DNA of 64,000 bases from Candidatus Parcubacteria bacterium (GCA_003599755.1 QZJO01000009.1:22140-86139), one strand, 5' to 3'; positions 24,031-32,798 are shown, counted from the first letter of the stretch. Program-made: numbers and translations. The notes: a model not told the origin generated them from the sequence alone.

Positions 24031-24294
24031 CTATGCGGTCGGCTGCGGCCGCGGCTCTTCCCGACGATGTCCCGCTGGGCGGCGCGGAATAACGAGCACT
24101 GCTAGCAAATATGCCAGGATACCCGGGAAAAATCCGGTGAAAATAACGATCAGGAGCCAAACCAGGCGCAAGAGCGTAGGATCCACGTCGAAATATTCTC
24201 CGATGCCGCCGACCACGCCGGCAATAATTTGATTTTCCTCGCTGCGGTACAGACGCTTCATAGTTGTTATCGTTGCCATATAACGGTGACGCAT
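24031..24294 (-). CDS. PspC-domain membrane protein
   Basis: MKRLYRSEENQIIAGVVGGIGEYFDVDPTLLRLVWLLIVIF is a canonical PspC domain. GGGAGAG RBS lies 7 nt before ATG 24294. Confidence 0.65.
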   Translation of the reverse strand: MRHRYMATITTMKRLYRSEENQIIAGVVGGIGEYFDVDPTLLRLVWLLIVIFTGFFPGILAYLLAVLVIPRRPAGHRREEPRPQPTA

Positions 24295-24401
24295 ACTAAT
24301 ACTCTCCCTTTCTCGGCCGTTCCACAACGCTTCGCGATCTCCCGCTATACATAAAGTTAGGAGCGGTGCTCCTCTGCACCGCTCCCGGGCCCCGTCTCCT
24401 C

Positions 24402-25058
24402 CTATCGATTGAGGGCCTTCAAGGAATTCCGGACGCGCCGGACGATGCAGGCGGCTACGGCCGCGCCATGAACTTCCTCGTCCCCATTGGTGAAATACTC
24501 GTGGAAGCGAACTCCTCGTGCTTCCACATTCCAGCTTCGGCACGCCGTGAGCCGGCGTTCGATGTCCTCCGCGTTGTCTCCCCGTTCATGCATGCGCCGC
24601 CGGATGATCTCATCGGGTAGCGCAGCAAGGCCGATACTCAGCAGCGAATCCGCCATGCCGATGCCGGCAAGGTACTTCTGAAGATCTGCTGCGGCCGCGG
24701 GCGGGGCCTCCAAAATCCGCACGGCCCTGCCTTGGAAGCAGGCATGAACGTTCGCCTTGCGCCCGCCGTATCGGTGACCCTGCACGGGATTTATCCAGAC
24801 AAGCTCGCCGGCGTCCCGCAACCGATCGAAGGCCTTGTTCTGGATGTACTCGTACTGACCGGGAAGATCGGCCGGTTTGCGGTGCCGCGTCGTCGTAATC
24901 GGAAATGGCTTGAATTCCACCTCCTTGCTCGCGACGAGCTGTCGCAGAATCGCGCTCTTCCCCGCCCCGCTCGGTCCGCTGATCGTAAGGATGCGTGTAA
25001 CCACGAACTGCCTCCTCTCTTGCACGGTATGCTGCCTTGCCACCAGCAATGCATACAT
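24402..25058 (-). CDS. Guanylate kinase-like P-loop kinase, paralog A
   Basis: Walker A ISGPSGAGKS, a GMP-site-like TTTRHRKP...YEY motif and a Gmk-like C-terminus (IVNDD-like FTNGDEE). The start is uncertain. Confidence 0.6.
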   Translation of the reverse strand: MYALLVARQHTVQERRQFVVTRILTISGPSGAGKSAILRQLVASKEVEFKPFPITTTRHRKPADLPGQYEYIQNKAFDRLRDAGELVWINPVQGHRYGGRKANVHACFQGRAVRILEAPPAAAADLQKYLAGIGMADSLLSIGLAALPDEIIRRRMHERGDNAEDIERRLTACRSWNVEARGVRFHEYFTNGDEEVHGAAVAACIVRRVRNSLKALNR

Positions 25059-25141
25059 GATGCGGGAAAGCAATGCGTTCCGCTGCCGAAACGGCAGCAA
25101 AGAGTTCGGAGCGGCGCGCGCGGGCGCCGCTCCGATATCGT

Positions 25142-25753
25142 TTACGCTCGCACGCCCCACAGATACCGATAGGACTCGAGGACGCGCCGGATGATTGCGG
25201 CGCTTACCGCAGCGCCGGGAACTTCCTCATCATCGTTGACGAGGCATTCATCGAAGCATTCCAGGCGCCGGGCATCCGCATCCCAGGCGCGGCACGCGTC
25301 GAACCGATCCCGGATTTCCGCCGCGGAATCGCCGCGCTTCTCCATGCGCCGCAGCAGCACGTCGTCCGGCGCAGTCAGGTACACGCTCCAGACCGAATCA
25401 TGGATGCCGCTCTCACGCACGTACCCCTTCAGGCGCGGCACGATGTCCGGCGTGAGCGCCATAACGGATACCGCGCTTCCCCGAAGACAGGCGTTGATGT
25501 TTCGCCTGCGCCCGCCGTACCGATAGCCGCCGAACGACTTGACCCAGACGAATTCGCCCTGCTCATCGAACTCATCGAACGCCGGATTGGTGCAGTACTC
25601 GTAGTCGTCCCCTGCATCGGTCGGCCTCTGCAGCCGAGTGGTCGTGCTGAGAAACGGCCGGAACTTCGGTTCCGGATGCTCGAGCAGCCGCCGCATGATC
25701 GTGGTTTTACCCACGCCGCTTCGACCGCTCAGTACAACGATCCGTATGACCAT
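25142..25753 (-). CDS. Guanylate kinase-like P-loop kinase, paralog B
   Basis: Walker A LSGRSGVGKT and STTTRLQRP...YEY. GAGGAGGGGG RBS precedes ATG 25753. Collinear with paralog A. Confidence 0.6.
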   Translation of the reverse strand: MVIRIVVLSGRSGVGKTTIMRRLLEHPEPKFRPFLSTTTRLQRPTDAGDDYEYCTNPAFDEFDEQGEFVWVKSFGGYRYGGRRRNINACLRGSAVSVMALTPDIVPRLKGYVRESGIHDSVWSVYLTAPDDVLLRRMEKRGDSAAEIRDRFDACRAWDADARRLECFDECLVNDDEEVPGAAVSAAIIRRVLESYRYLWGVRA

Positions 25754-25953
25754 CGCCCCCTCCTCGCGAATGAGTGAACTGCCCATGCCTGGCACCAGGC
25801 ATACCCGAAACGAACGACTCCGTCAACCCATGGCGTTCCCGCGCGAAAACATGCCGACATCCCGTTTCGGAATGCCGGCATGCGCTCTACTTCGACATAT
25901 AAAAATGACGTTGCCGCTGCTTCCGTCTTTCCGGGCCAACGTCAACCGCGCGA

Positions 25954-26364
25954 TCAAATGCAAAGATCCACGGAGAAATCCTGGTGGCCGCGGCCGGGCC
26001 AGCATTTCTGCATCTCCTCGATGTCGCCGACGCGCCAGGCGCCGTTTTCATACGTTACTTGGGCGCGCATGCGCGAGGCCTGGACTGAATCATCAAAAAA
26101 TCCATCATAGACGACCGTAACTATCCAGCGGCCGTTTTCTTTTTCAACATCCAGCGTGCACGAGCGGTAGCTTTCCGCGATGCCTTCCGGACGGCAGTCC
26201 GCGAACAGATATCCTTCCAAAAGCACTGCCGCCGTCTCTTCGGTCAGCTCCGGCGCGGTGCCGGCCGCGTCGCCCGTGTATGCCGGACCTTCGGAGCGCA
26301 AATACAGCCACGCGCCGCCGACAACAACGATAAGAATTGCAATCGCGATGATGACCGTCTTCAT
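25954..26364 (-). CDS. Hypothetical N-terminally anchored protein
   Basis: MKTVIIAIAILIVVVGG TM anchor followed by a soluble ~110-aa domain. Confidence 0.45.
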   Translation of the reverse strand: MKTVIIAIAILIVVVGGAWLYLRSEGPAYTGDAAGTAPELTEETAAVLLEGYLFADCRPEGIAESYRSCTLDVEKENGRWIVTVVYDGFFDDSVQASRMRAQVTYENGAWRVGDIEEMQKCWPGRGHQDFSVDLCI

Positions 26365-26496
26365 GCCAGGCATTATTGCAAATACACCGACCGTCCGCAA
26401 TACGGATGCTCTTCCTCAATCACTGAATTAAAAGTGTAGAGCGGCGCCCGCAGGCGCCGCTTTGCGATACTTGCTGCACGCGCGACTACGCTCCGG

Positions 26497-26949
26497 TCAG
26501 ACGCCCCAGGGTCGGACGAGGATGAGCCGGGGCTCGCCGTCGCCGAAGTAGTTGTCCTGCCACGACTCGACGACGAACCCGAAGTTGAGGGCGAGCCGGA
26601 GCGAGCGCCGGTTGTGCGGGTGAACCGCCATGTCGATGCGCTCGACGCTCTTGAGCTCCTTGAGCACGAAGTGCAGCGCCACGTGGCCGACGCCCCGTTC
26701 CTGGAACTCCGGCCGCACCACGATGCCGCTGATGTGCGCGTGCTTCGGGCTCTTGATCTCGTACTGGATCGTACCGGCGATCTTGCCGTCCACCGTGATG
26801 AAGTACACGATGCTCGCCGCGAGCTCCTGCCGTGCTTCATCCTGGTCAGTGATGCCCGAGTAGGTCGGGGGGCCCATGACGGAGCGCTCAACGGCCAGGT
26901 AATCGGCGAAGTCGGCGACCCGAGCCCGATAGAACTGGATGTCGCTCAC
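26497..26949 (-). CDS. GNAT family N-acetyltransferase
   Basis: Acetyl-CoA-binding motif VVRPEFQERGVG. AGGAGG lies 8 nt upstream of GTG 26949. Confidence 0.75.
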   Translation of the reverse strand: MSDIQFYRARVADFADYLAVERSVMGPPTYSGITDQDEARQELAASIVYFITVDGKIAGTIQYEIKSPKHAHISGIVVRPEFQERGVGHVALHFVLKELKSVERIDMAVHPHNRRSLRLALNFGFVVESWQDNYFGDGEPRLILVRPWGV

Positions 26950-27077
26950 CGGTCGTTCCTCCTTTCGGTAGATGAACGTCAGCGGATGAACTTCCTGCCT
27001 GCAGCAGTACCGCAAACGGACCGAAAACGCAATCGAACAGGGGCTGCGGCGTTCTCTATGTTAACCATCGATCCGGC

Positions 27078-27160
27078 TTATTCTGGCGTTCTTAAGAATT
27101 TGAGAATGAATTGCCGTGTGCGGGAGGGCGCTATTTCCGCTGTCCCCTCTGTTGGTTTTC
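27078..27160. repeat. Island repeat R1, carrying a 28-bp palindrome around TTCTTAAGAA
   Basis: ATTCT-GGCG-TTCTTAAGAA-TTTG-AGAAT, followed by a CTGTCCCCT block. It is related to R2-R5. Confidence 0.6.
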
Positions 27161-27499
27161 CTTAAGACGGGCGCGGATGATCTTTTTGATGAGTGCGGTG
27201 GGAACCTTCGCGCCGCGGGGAATCTGCAGCGTGCTCGCGACCACCTTTTGCGCGGCGAGCTCTTTTTTGAATGTCTTTTTGTCTTTGGCGCTAATCCAGA
27301 AAAAACTGCAGTGATTTTTGAATGCGGCAAAATACGCCAGCCGGCCGTTCTGGCTGTAGTACGGCATATGGTAGCTGATCGACTCTTTGGCTTTGGGCGC
27401 GGCGGCCCTGATCGTCCGGCGCAATTCCCGCAACGTGCCGCGGGCCCACGGCGGGGCTGAAGTAATGTAGGCGGTTACGGTTTTGGGGTTGGGGTTCAT
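27131..27499 (-). CDS. DUF1801-domain protein
   Basis: 122 aa matching the YdhG/DUF1801 fold family. Lower GC than the flanking core. Confidence 0.55.
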   Translation of the reverse strand: MNPNPKTVTAYITSAPPWARGTLRELRRTIRAAAPKAKESISYHMPYYSQNGRLAYFAAFKNHCSFFWISAKDKKTFKKELAAQKVVASTLQIPRGAKVPTALIKKIIRARLKENQQRGQRK

Positions 27500-27528
27500 G
27501 GCGTTCGGCTCATTGTCATGTACCGTTT

Positions 27529-27912
27529 TTACGTTTTGCGTGAGTGCCGCTTAAGCCAGGCAGCGATGTCCGCTATGGATTCCTTCTTCATAGCTACCCG
27601 AACCATGAAGCGCACGATTTCGTTGTTCGGCGCGCTGAATTCGTAACGATTCAAGAATAAAAAGCGCGCCGCCGCTGCAATCGCCGTGCGCTTATTGCCA
27701 TCCACGAAGACGTGGTAATTCGCAATCGCTTCAAGGTAGACGGCGGCTCTGGCGAATATATCGCGATATAACTTCTTGCCGCCGAATGCCGCCTTGGGCT
27801 TATCGGCTAGAGCGGCGAACAGTCCAACGTCGCGCACGCCATGCAAGCCGCCGGTCTCGTCGATGATTTCCGAGTGAATGATGAGGATATCCTCGGCGCT
27901 TAGGTGGCGCAT
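27529..27912 (-). CDS. doc: Doc (death-on-curing, Fic-fold) toxin
   Basis: Fic/Doc core around HVFVDGNKRTAIAAAARFL, immediately downstream of the antitoxin. Confidence 0.8.
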   Translation of the reverse strand: MRHLSAEDILIIHSEIIDETGGLHGVRDVGLFAALADKPKAAFGGKKLYRDIFARAAVYLEAIANYHVFVDGNKRTAIAAAARFLFLNRYEFSAPNNEIVRFMVRVAMKKESIADIAAWLKRHSRKT

Positions 27913-27916
27913 AGGA

Positions 27917-28147
27917 TCAGCGCTTCGCGAGCGCTTCGAGCGCCGGGCGATAGCGCTCGATAAACTTGCGGGTCCAGTCGAGCGTTTCGCGATCCACGGT
28001 TTTGTGCGGCTTGATCACCACCGACGCCTGTTTTTTGTTTATCTCAACGGAAACCCGATCCCCCACTTTGAGCCCGAGTTCTTCGAGCGTGCGTTTCGGG
28101 ATGGTCACGGCGGCCGAGCTGCCGACTTTGAGCACTTTTTGGGTCAT
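27917..28147 (-). CDS. AbrB/MazE/SpoVT-fold antitoxin (Phd-like partner of Doc)
   Basis: 76 aa with a swapped-hairpin beta-barrel signature (KVGSSAAVTIPKRTLEELGLKVGDRVSV). It lies 5 nt upstream of doc. Confidence 0.75.
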   Translation of the reverse strand: MTQKVLKVGSSAAVTIPKRTLEELGLKVGDRVSVEINKKQASVVIKPHKTVDRETLDWTRKFIERYRPALEALAKR

Positions 28148-28267
28148 ATCATGAATTATAACAATATTATAATATCGTATTCAACATAGCGCCCATCAAG
28201 TGATGACGTCAAATAGCGATATTCCATTTCTCCTGTCTTTGTAAGAAGTTCGTAAAAAGCTATCCAA

Positions 28268-28320
28268 GCTTATTCTCAAGTTCTTAAGAACATGAGAAGA
28301 AGAGTGTTGCGGGAGCTACA
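28268..28320. repeat. Island repeat R2, with a perfect 12-bp palindrome GTTCTTAAGAAC
   Basis: TTATTCTCAAGTTCTTAAGAACATGAGAAGAAG forms a 26-bp near-palindrome centred on TTAA, in the Phd/Doc upstream region. Confidence 0.6.
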
Positions 28321-28636
28321 CGCGGATTTCGAGGGAGAATGGAATCGTCTGGCCGGCTACGATCCCCTCTCTTTTGCGCATTTCGGCCTTGAGCGGCAGA
28401 AGGTAAGCGCCGGCTTTGGTATCGGGAAAGATTGAAGTCCGCCATTTGCTTTTGCCGATTGTGACGTTGACCGGCAGCGAGCCCCACCCTCGCTTTATCA
28501 CGCCGAACACTTTCTTGATCTCATCGGATTGCTTTTTCGGCAAGGTCACGAAATGCCACCCCGCCATGCCGGGATAAAGCCATACTTTCGCCCGCATCTC
28601 GTAGCGGGTTTTCGGTGTGCGTTTGGAGGACTGCAT
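28316..28636 (-). CDS. DUF1905-domain protein
   Basis: 106 aa matching DUF1905 small proteins. Confidence 0.55.
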   Translation of the reverse strand: MQSSKRTPKTRYEMRAKVWLYPGMAGWHFVTLPKKQSDEIKKVFGVIKRGWGSLPVNVTIGKSKWRTSIFPDTKAGAYLLPLKAEMRKREGIVAGQTIPFSLEIRV

Positions 28637-28685
28637 CCGCAGTTTGCTGTTCTACTTTTTGTTTACGGTGCTATCGTCCGCGCAC

Positions 28686-28712
28686 CATTCCATCATTCGC
28701 GCGAATTAGAAA
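28686..28712. promoter_or_regulatory. Palindromic element ATTCCATCATTCGCGCGAATTAGA, copy 1
   Basis: Perfect 12-bp palindrome ATTCGCGCGAAT about 50 nt upstream of the DUF1905 gene start. A near-identical copy sits at 29418-29444. Confidence 0.5.
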
Positions 28713-29332
28713 TACCAAGGAAGAGGAGCAATCCCGAGCAATAGTATGGCGCATCGTATCATAACGCCTTTTTTTATTGCTTCGATATACTTGGGGTGAT
28801 CAATTTTATGCGGCGCATCTTCTACGATAATGAGCTTGGCTCGTTTCGCCAGCGCAGCAGTTTCTTCGCATCTTATTTTCAATTGCGGAAATCTGCGTCC
28901 CTCGACCGCCCCATAAAATATCGTCGTCGGCATCGTGAGGGTTTGGGCGATGGTTCGAGCGCTTCGAGTCCGAGTATCTTCGAATCTCCGCTTACCGATC
29001 AGTTTTCTAACCCAGGATTTCATAGCGGTTCGATCTTCGCGGAAATCTGGACTCAACGAGCACAAGTAGAGTTGTTTGGGCTTAAATTCGCCTGCGGTCA
29101 TAAAGGCGATAACCGCCCCATAAGAGAATCCGAGAAAATAGTCATTGCCAGTTCGATGTTCTCGGTAAAACTTTTTAAAATCAATGACATAGTCCGACAC
29201 CACGCGGTACTTCCATTTGATCGGGACCCCGAAGACTCGAAAACCTTTGTGTTTTAAGAATTTAATTAACCAACCATAATTCCGGCTCGATGTTTTTTCT
29301 TGCCAACCAGGAATGACAAAAATTGTTTTCAT
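28706..29332 (-). CDS. Alpha/beta hydrolase-fold protein
   Basis: 208 aa with GFSYG nucleophile-elbow motif. AT-rich. Confidence 0.6.
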   Translation of the reverse strand: MKTIFVIPGWQEKTSSRNYGWLIKFLKHKGFRVFGVPIKWKYRVVSDYVIDFKKFYREHRTGNDYFLGFSYGAVIAFMTAGEFKPKQLYLCSLSPDFREDRTAMKSWVRKLIGKRRFEDTRTRSARTIAQTLTMPTTIFYGAVEGRRFPQLKIRCEETAALAKRAKLIIVEDAPHKIDHPKYIEAIKKGVMIRCAILLLGIAPLPWYF

Positions 29333-29417
29333 TGTTACCCGCTATTTCTTATAAATCCGAGATAAAACTGCTATGGAATTATTGTGGGTCGTGGATTGTG
29401 TTAATTTCTATTTCTAC

Positions 29418-29444
29418 TATTCCATTATTCGCGCGAATTAGACA
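29418..29444. promoter_or_regulatory. Palindromic element ATTCCATTATTCGCGCGAATTAGA, copy 2
   Basis: Same 12-bp palindrome about 95 nt upstream of the hydrolase gene start. Confidence 0.5.
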
Positions 29445-29523
29445 AGGAGACGAGAGACGAGGAGGGAGAGAAAAATGGATGGAAGAAGATTCGAGGCGGC
29501 GCCAGCAGCGCCGCCTCCTCGGT

Positions 29524-30132
29524 TTACTGTTGCTCCTGTCGCTCGTGGATACCGTAGCGCCGGAGAAGATGCTCGCGTACCTTCCCGCCCTGTTCGTACG
29601 GCACAATGACCGCCGTGATTGGGATGCCGTAGAACTGGTTCAGGAATGTGAAGACGTCGTCCATCTGCTCCTTCCCGACCTTACCGGATCCGCTGCAGTC
29701 GGTGCAACCGGCCGCGATGAGGACCTTGTGCGGCGTCCCCACCTCGTAGACCACGTCGTGACGGCTGCGATCGGGTTCCCAGCATTCCGCATGAATGACG
29801 CGAAGATACCATCCGCGCAGGAAGCCCGGGAACGCCTTGCCGAGCTCACTGACCGTATGAGCGATGAGTGGATCCTGATAGGGCGACCCGGGATACCCGA
29901 CGAGCGCGATGCGGCGAGGCCGACCGTTCTCCTGGCTCGGAACCGAAAGACCGTACGGATGCTCGTCCAGATCGCAGATCTGCTCATGCGGCTTCGCGTC
30001 ATCATATACGATGCGCTGCGCCGACCGTTGCGCGACTTGAAGCAGGTACGACAGGCCAGCCATGGCTGGAGGTAGCGAGTCGCCATTGTGCACGGCGATC
30101 CGCTGGGAGGAGTTGGGCTTAGCGTGTCTCAT
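29524..30132 (-). CDS. Hypothetical protein, high-GC insert within the island
   Basis: GGAGG plus 4 nt plus ATG. Contains W/Y/H/C-rich segments (CTDCSGSGKVGKE) and no recognisable family. A 200-aa antisense ORF with its own RBS exists at 29479-30075, so the strand is not certain. Confidence 0.4.
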   Translation of the reverse strand: MRHAKPNSSQRIAVHNGDSLPPAMAGLSYLLQVAQRSAQRIVYDDAKPHEQICDLDEHPYGLSVPSQENGRPRRIALVGYPGSPYQDPLIAHTVSELGKAFPGFLRGWYLRVIHAECWEPDRSRHDVVYEVGTPHKVLIAAGCTDCSGSGKVGKEQMDDVFTFLNQFYGIPITAVIVPYEQGGKVREHLLRRYGIHERQEQQ

Positions 30133-30214
30133 ACGCCTCCTTGAAAGAGCATTTTTTTGTCTCGAGAGCTATTTTCTATTATATTATATTTATATAAATA
30201 GTCAAGTCTATCCT

Positions 30215-30310
30215 CGCATTCTCAAGAATGTTGGAATGTTCCTGTCCCCTGCTTCGGATCTGTGGATTCTCGGGGCGGCGGCGATGGAGGCGTCGAGGTT
30301 TTTGATGGTG
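30215..30310. repeat. Island repeat R3
   Basis: CATTCTCAAGAATGTTGGAATG ... CTGTCCCCTG ... GGGGCGGCGGCGATGGAGGCGTCGAGG is about 85 % identical to R5. Confidence 0.6.
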
Positions 30311-30446
30311 GATTTCTATGAATTGGTCGAGCCTGCGTTATTGCCTAGGACTAGGAATGTGCAGAAAATACTGTGTTTCAGAGCTTGGGTTGAAAATAAC
30401 CATAAATCCTAGTACCATTGAAACAGAAGAGTCGTTATGCCGTCAG

Positions 30447-30677
30447 ATGTATAGTGGCATGAAATTTGAGTTTACGCAGCATGCCCGGCAGCGCTGTAAG
30501 GAACGACGCATTAGATTTCAAGACGTCAAAGCGGTTGTCTCGAATCCCTCTACGACAAAGATAACTGCAGCCGGAACTATTGAAGCCCGGGGTAGAATTC
30601 GCAGCAAGACACTGGTAGTAATTTTCGCGGTGAAGCGAGATCTGCGTATAATAATTACGGCATATTATGAAGTTTAG
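30447..30677 (+). CDS. DUF4258-domain protein, toxin-like
   Basis: MKFEFTQHARQRCKERRI matches DUF4258. Its stop overlaps the start of the next gene. Confidence 0.6.
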   Translation: MYSGMKFEFTQHARQRCKERRIRFQDVKAVVSNPSTTKITAAGTIEARGRIRSKTLVVIFAVKRDLRIIITAYYEV

Positions 30678-30885
30678 CTACGACAAATACGCTGACGCAG
30701 TGTATATACGAGCGAAGTCGGCAAAGATTAAAAGAACTGAAAAATTTCAGGACGATATTCTTATTGACTTTGATGCGGAAAACAAAGTCCGTGGTATAGA
30801 GATATTGAATGTATCCGAATGGCTATCTAAAGATAAAACTCCAAGCGTGGAAATCGGAAACCGCAAAATACCCATTCCGGCGTAG
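30667..30885 (+). CDS. DUF2283-domain protein, antitoxin-like partner of DUF4258
   Basis: 72 aa with YDKYADAVYIR...DFDAENKVRGIEI (DUF2283), overlapping the upstream gene by 11 nt. Confidence 0.6.
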   Translation: MKFSYDKYADAVYIRAKSAKIKRTEKFQDDILIDFDAENKVRGIEILNVSEWLSKDKTPSVEIGNRKIPIPA

Positions 30886-30897
30886 TGAACGAGTCAA

Positions 30898-30925
30898 AGG
30901 CCGCTCCTTTAGAGAGCGGCCTTTG
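30898..30925 (+). terminator. Hairpin terminator after the DUF2283 gene
   Basis: AAAGGCCGCTC-CTTTAGAG-AGCGGCCTTT. Confidence 0.55.
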
Positions 30926-30940
30926 TATTTCAATCGTCAA

Positions 30941-31055
30941 TCCGGTTTATTCTGATGTTCCTAAGAAGATCGGAATAAATGGAGATGGGCGGAAGATGGA
31001 TGATCGGATCTTTTGTGGGTTTGCGGGGCGGCGGCGATGGAGTTTATGCTGCTTC
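30941..31055. repeat. Island repeat R4
   Basis: TCCGGTTTATTCTGATGTTCCTAAGAAGATCGGAATAAATGGAG...GGGGCGGCGGCGATGGAG combines the R1-type 5' part with the R3/R5-type 3' part. Confidence 0.6.
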
Positions 31056-31066
31056 AGCTATGACGG

Positions 31067-31462
31067 TTAGCTTTGGAACTCCGGCTTCGAAAGATATTCC
31101 TCGGGAATGATTTTCGCTTTGATGGTCTTTGCTCCCTGGAGATAGGCCTTTGCTAACCGATGCACGCCGTCGATGACAACAAGTCGACCGTTGAATCGCC
31201 GAAGGAGGATCGGATATTGCAAGTCGGTGTCATCGACGCGTTTTTGATGCGCTGATGTCCCCGCCTCTCCGCGGATGACTTGCCATGGCGTGAGATTCCA
31301 ATCATCGGTGCCGTCCTGTTCCCAGACCGGCATATCGAAATGCCATACAAGTTCGTCGATCGCCACATCGATAATCGGCAGCGGCAACTCGCGGAGTTTT
31401 ACGGTGTCTACAAATAAATTGAGGCCGGCATCGGTCAGTATTTTGGGCGGTGTTTGTTCCAT
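31067..31462 (-). CDS. ParB/sulfiredoxin-fold nuclease-domain protein
   Basis: VVIDGVHRLAKAY carries a DGxHR motif typical of ParB N-terminal (ParBc) nuclease domains. Confidence 0.5.
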   Translation of the reverse strand: MEQTPPKILTDAGLNLFVDTVKLRELPLPIIDVAIDELVWHFDMPVWEQDGTDDWNLTPWQVIRGEAGTSAHQKRVDDTDLQYPILLRRFNGRLVVIDGVHRLAKAYLQGAKTIKAKIIPEEYLSKPEFQS

Positions 31463-31506
31463 AAAAACATGAGAAGCTGCGGGGCTGATTGAAAGCGAGG
31501 AAATGT

Positions 31507-31625
31507 GACATTCTCACATTCTCAAGAATGTTGGAATGTACTCGTTTCCTGTGGCCTGTCCCCTGTTCTGGGCTGGTGGGTTTGCGGGGCGGCGGCGATG
31601 GAGGCGTCGAGGGGTTTAAGGGGCG
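31507..31625. repeat. Island repeat R5
   Basis: CACATTCTCAAGAATGTTGGAATG...CTGTCCCCTGTTCTGG...GGGGCGGCGGCGATGGAGGCGTCGAGGGG. Confidence 0.6.
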
Positions 31626-32018
31626 GATTTTATGGTTGCTGCCAAAGTGGGACGAGTTCCGAACGATAAAGTGGGATGAAATGTTCGAATTTCCTAGCGT
31701 TTCTCTCGACCAGATGCAGAAATTGCTTGCGCTCCAGTGATGCCGGATCAACATTCGAACCGGCTATTAGTTGAAACTGGCAGAGCAACGCTGCTGGTAT
31801 TTTGTAGTAATGAATGATAATGCCAGCGTGTTAGTATTTGCATTCACAATCTTCGCCATTATAGTCACTCTGTTTTTGCTGCCATCGGTTTTTGGACTCT
31901 ACGCTACGCGCCAACCGTGGCGATTTGAAGAATGGTGCCTCGGCGTTTACGGTAAAGAACGATGTGAACGAGAGCGCCATCTTCTCCGGTGGGAGTTTTC
32001 TGAATTTCAGTAAAAGAT

Positions 32019-32798
32019 TCACTTTCGAGTTCTTAAGTCTTTCAAAAACTTCGAAAATGTCTTCTGTAAATTCGGAAGGCCGCTTAGTGAATCGTTCCCA
32101 AATTTTATCAGTAGAATCGCTCCGGGGACTGCGAAGACAATATACGACAAGAAGTAGAATAGCCACCAGCTTTTATCTGTATACTTTGGAATTACAACTA
32201 AACTACCGCCGAGTCGCACAGCGGCAATTTCCGGTGAATCAATAACTTGCCCGACATTAGAAATCGCACAGAATATTTCCTGCCATCTTTGCGAAACTTC
32301 CGTGATACGAATAGAGGACAAAACTTGTCTGCGCTGCCCGGGATCGATTTCAACTGGCTCACCATTGCCCGGAGGGGTACATTTCAGTGTAAATGCTGTC
32401 GATGTAGCAAAAATTGGCTCGTCTTGTGTTCCCGAAAATTGATCTAGCGCGAGATGATTTTCAATTTCGATGTTGTATTCAATTCTCGGAGATGACCTTA
32501 ACCATCCGATGAATTCGTTTATTTCTTTTTGTTCAACCGCTTCTCGGACCGCTTGAGCAATTTGATCATCAGCTGGATAGAGGATCTCATTCCCCTCTCG
32601 AGCAATTGAGGCTTCGAAACCATATGATGATTCGTTGAATGAGAAGCTAATACCCTTGACGGACGGCGAAATGAAAAAATAACCAACCTCCAAGAGCAAC
32701 GCGACCAGAAGAACACCGAAAATCGGCCAAAAATGCCTAAAGAAAATTTTCAAAAATCTGAAAACTTTCTGGCTAGCCTCGCCAAATTTTGAAAGCAT
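32019..32798 (-). CDS. Hypothetical membrane protein, AT-rich
   Basis: 259 aa with two N-terminal TM helices. No recognisable domain. Confidence 0.45.
   Translation of the reverse strand: MLSKFGEASQKVFRFLKIFFRHFWPIFGVLLVALLLEVGYFFISPSVKGISFSFNESSYGFEASIAREGNEILYPADDQIAQAVREAVEQKEINEFIGWLRSSPRIEYNIEIENHLALDQFSGTQDEPIFATSTAFTLKCTPPGNGEPVEIDPGQRRQVLSSIRITEVSQRWQEIFCAISNVGQVIDSPEIAAVRLGGSLVVIPKYTDKSWWLFYFLSYIVFAVPGAILLIKFGNDSLSGLPNLQKTFSKFLKDLRTRK

Noticed and set aside
29479-30075. Plus-strand 200-aa ORF with its own GGAGGGAGAG RBS, antisense to the hypothetical gene 29524-30132
   Set aside because: Both strands are open with a good RBS. The minus-strand product has the more balanced composition (W/Y/H/C) and fits the orientation of neighbouring cassettes. 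The plus ORF starts with RRRQQRRLLGLLLLL, typical of antisense translation. The call remains uncertain, and this is reflected in the feature's 0.4 confidence.
26400-31700. Integron cassette array (attC sites) as an explanation for the R1-R5 repeats
   Set aside because: No intI integrase or attI site is in the window. The repeats lack recognisable RYYYAAC / GTTRRRY cores. Cassette genes occur on both strands, unlike integron arrays.
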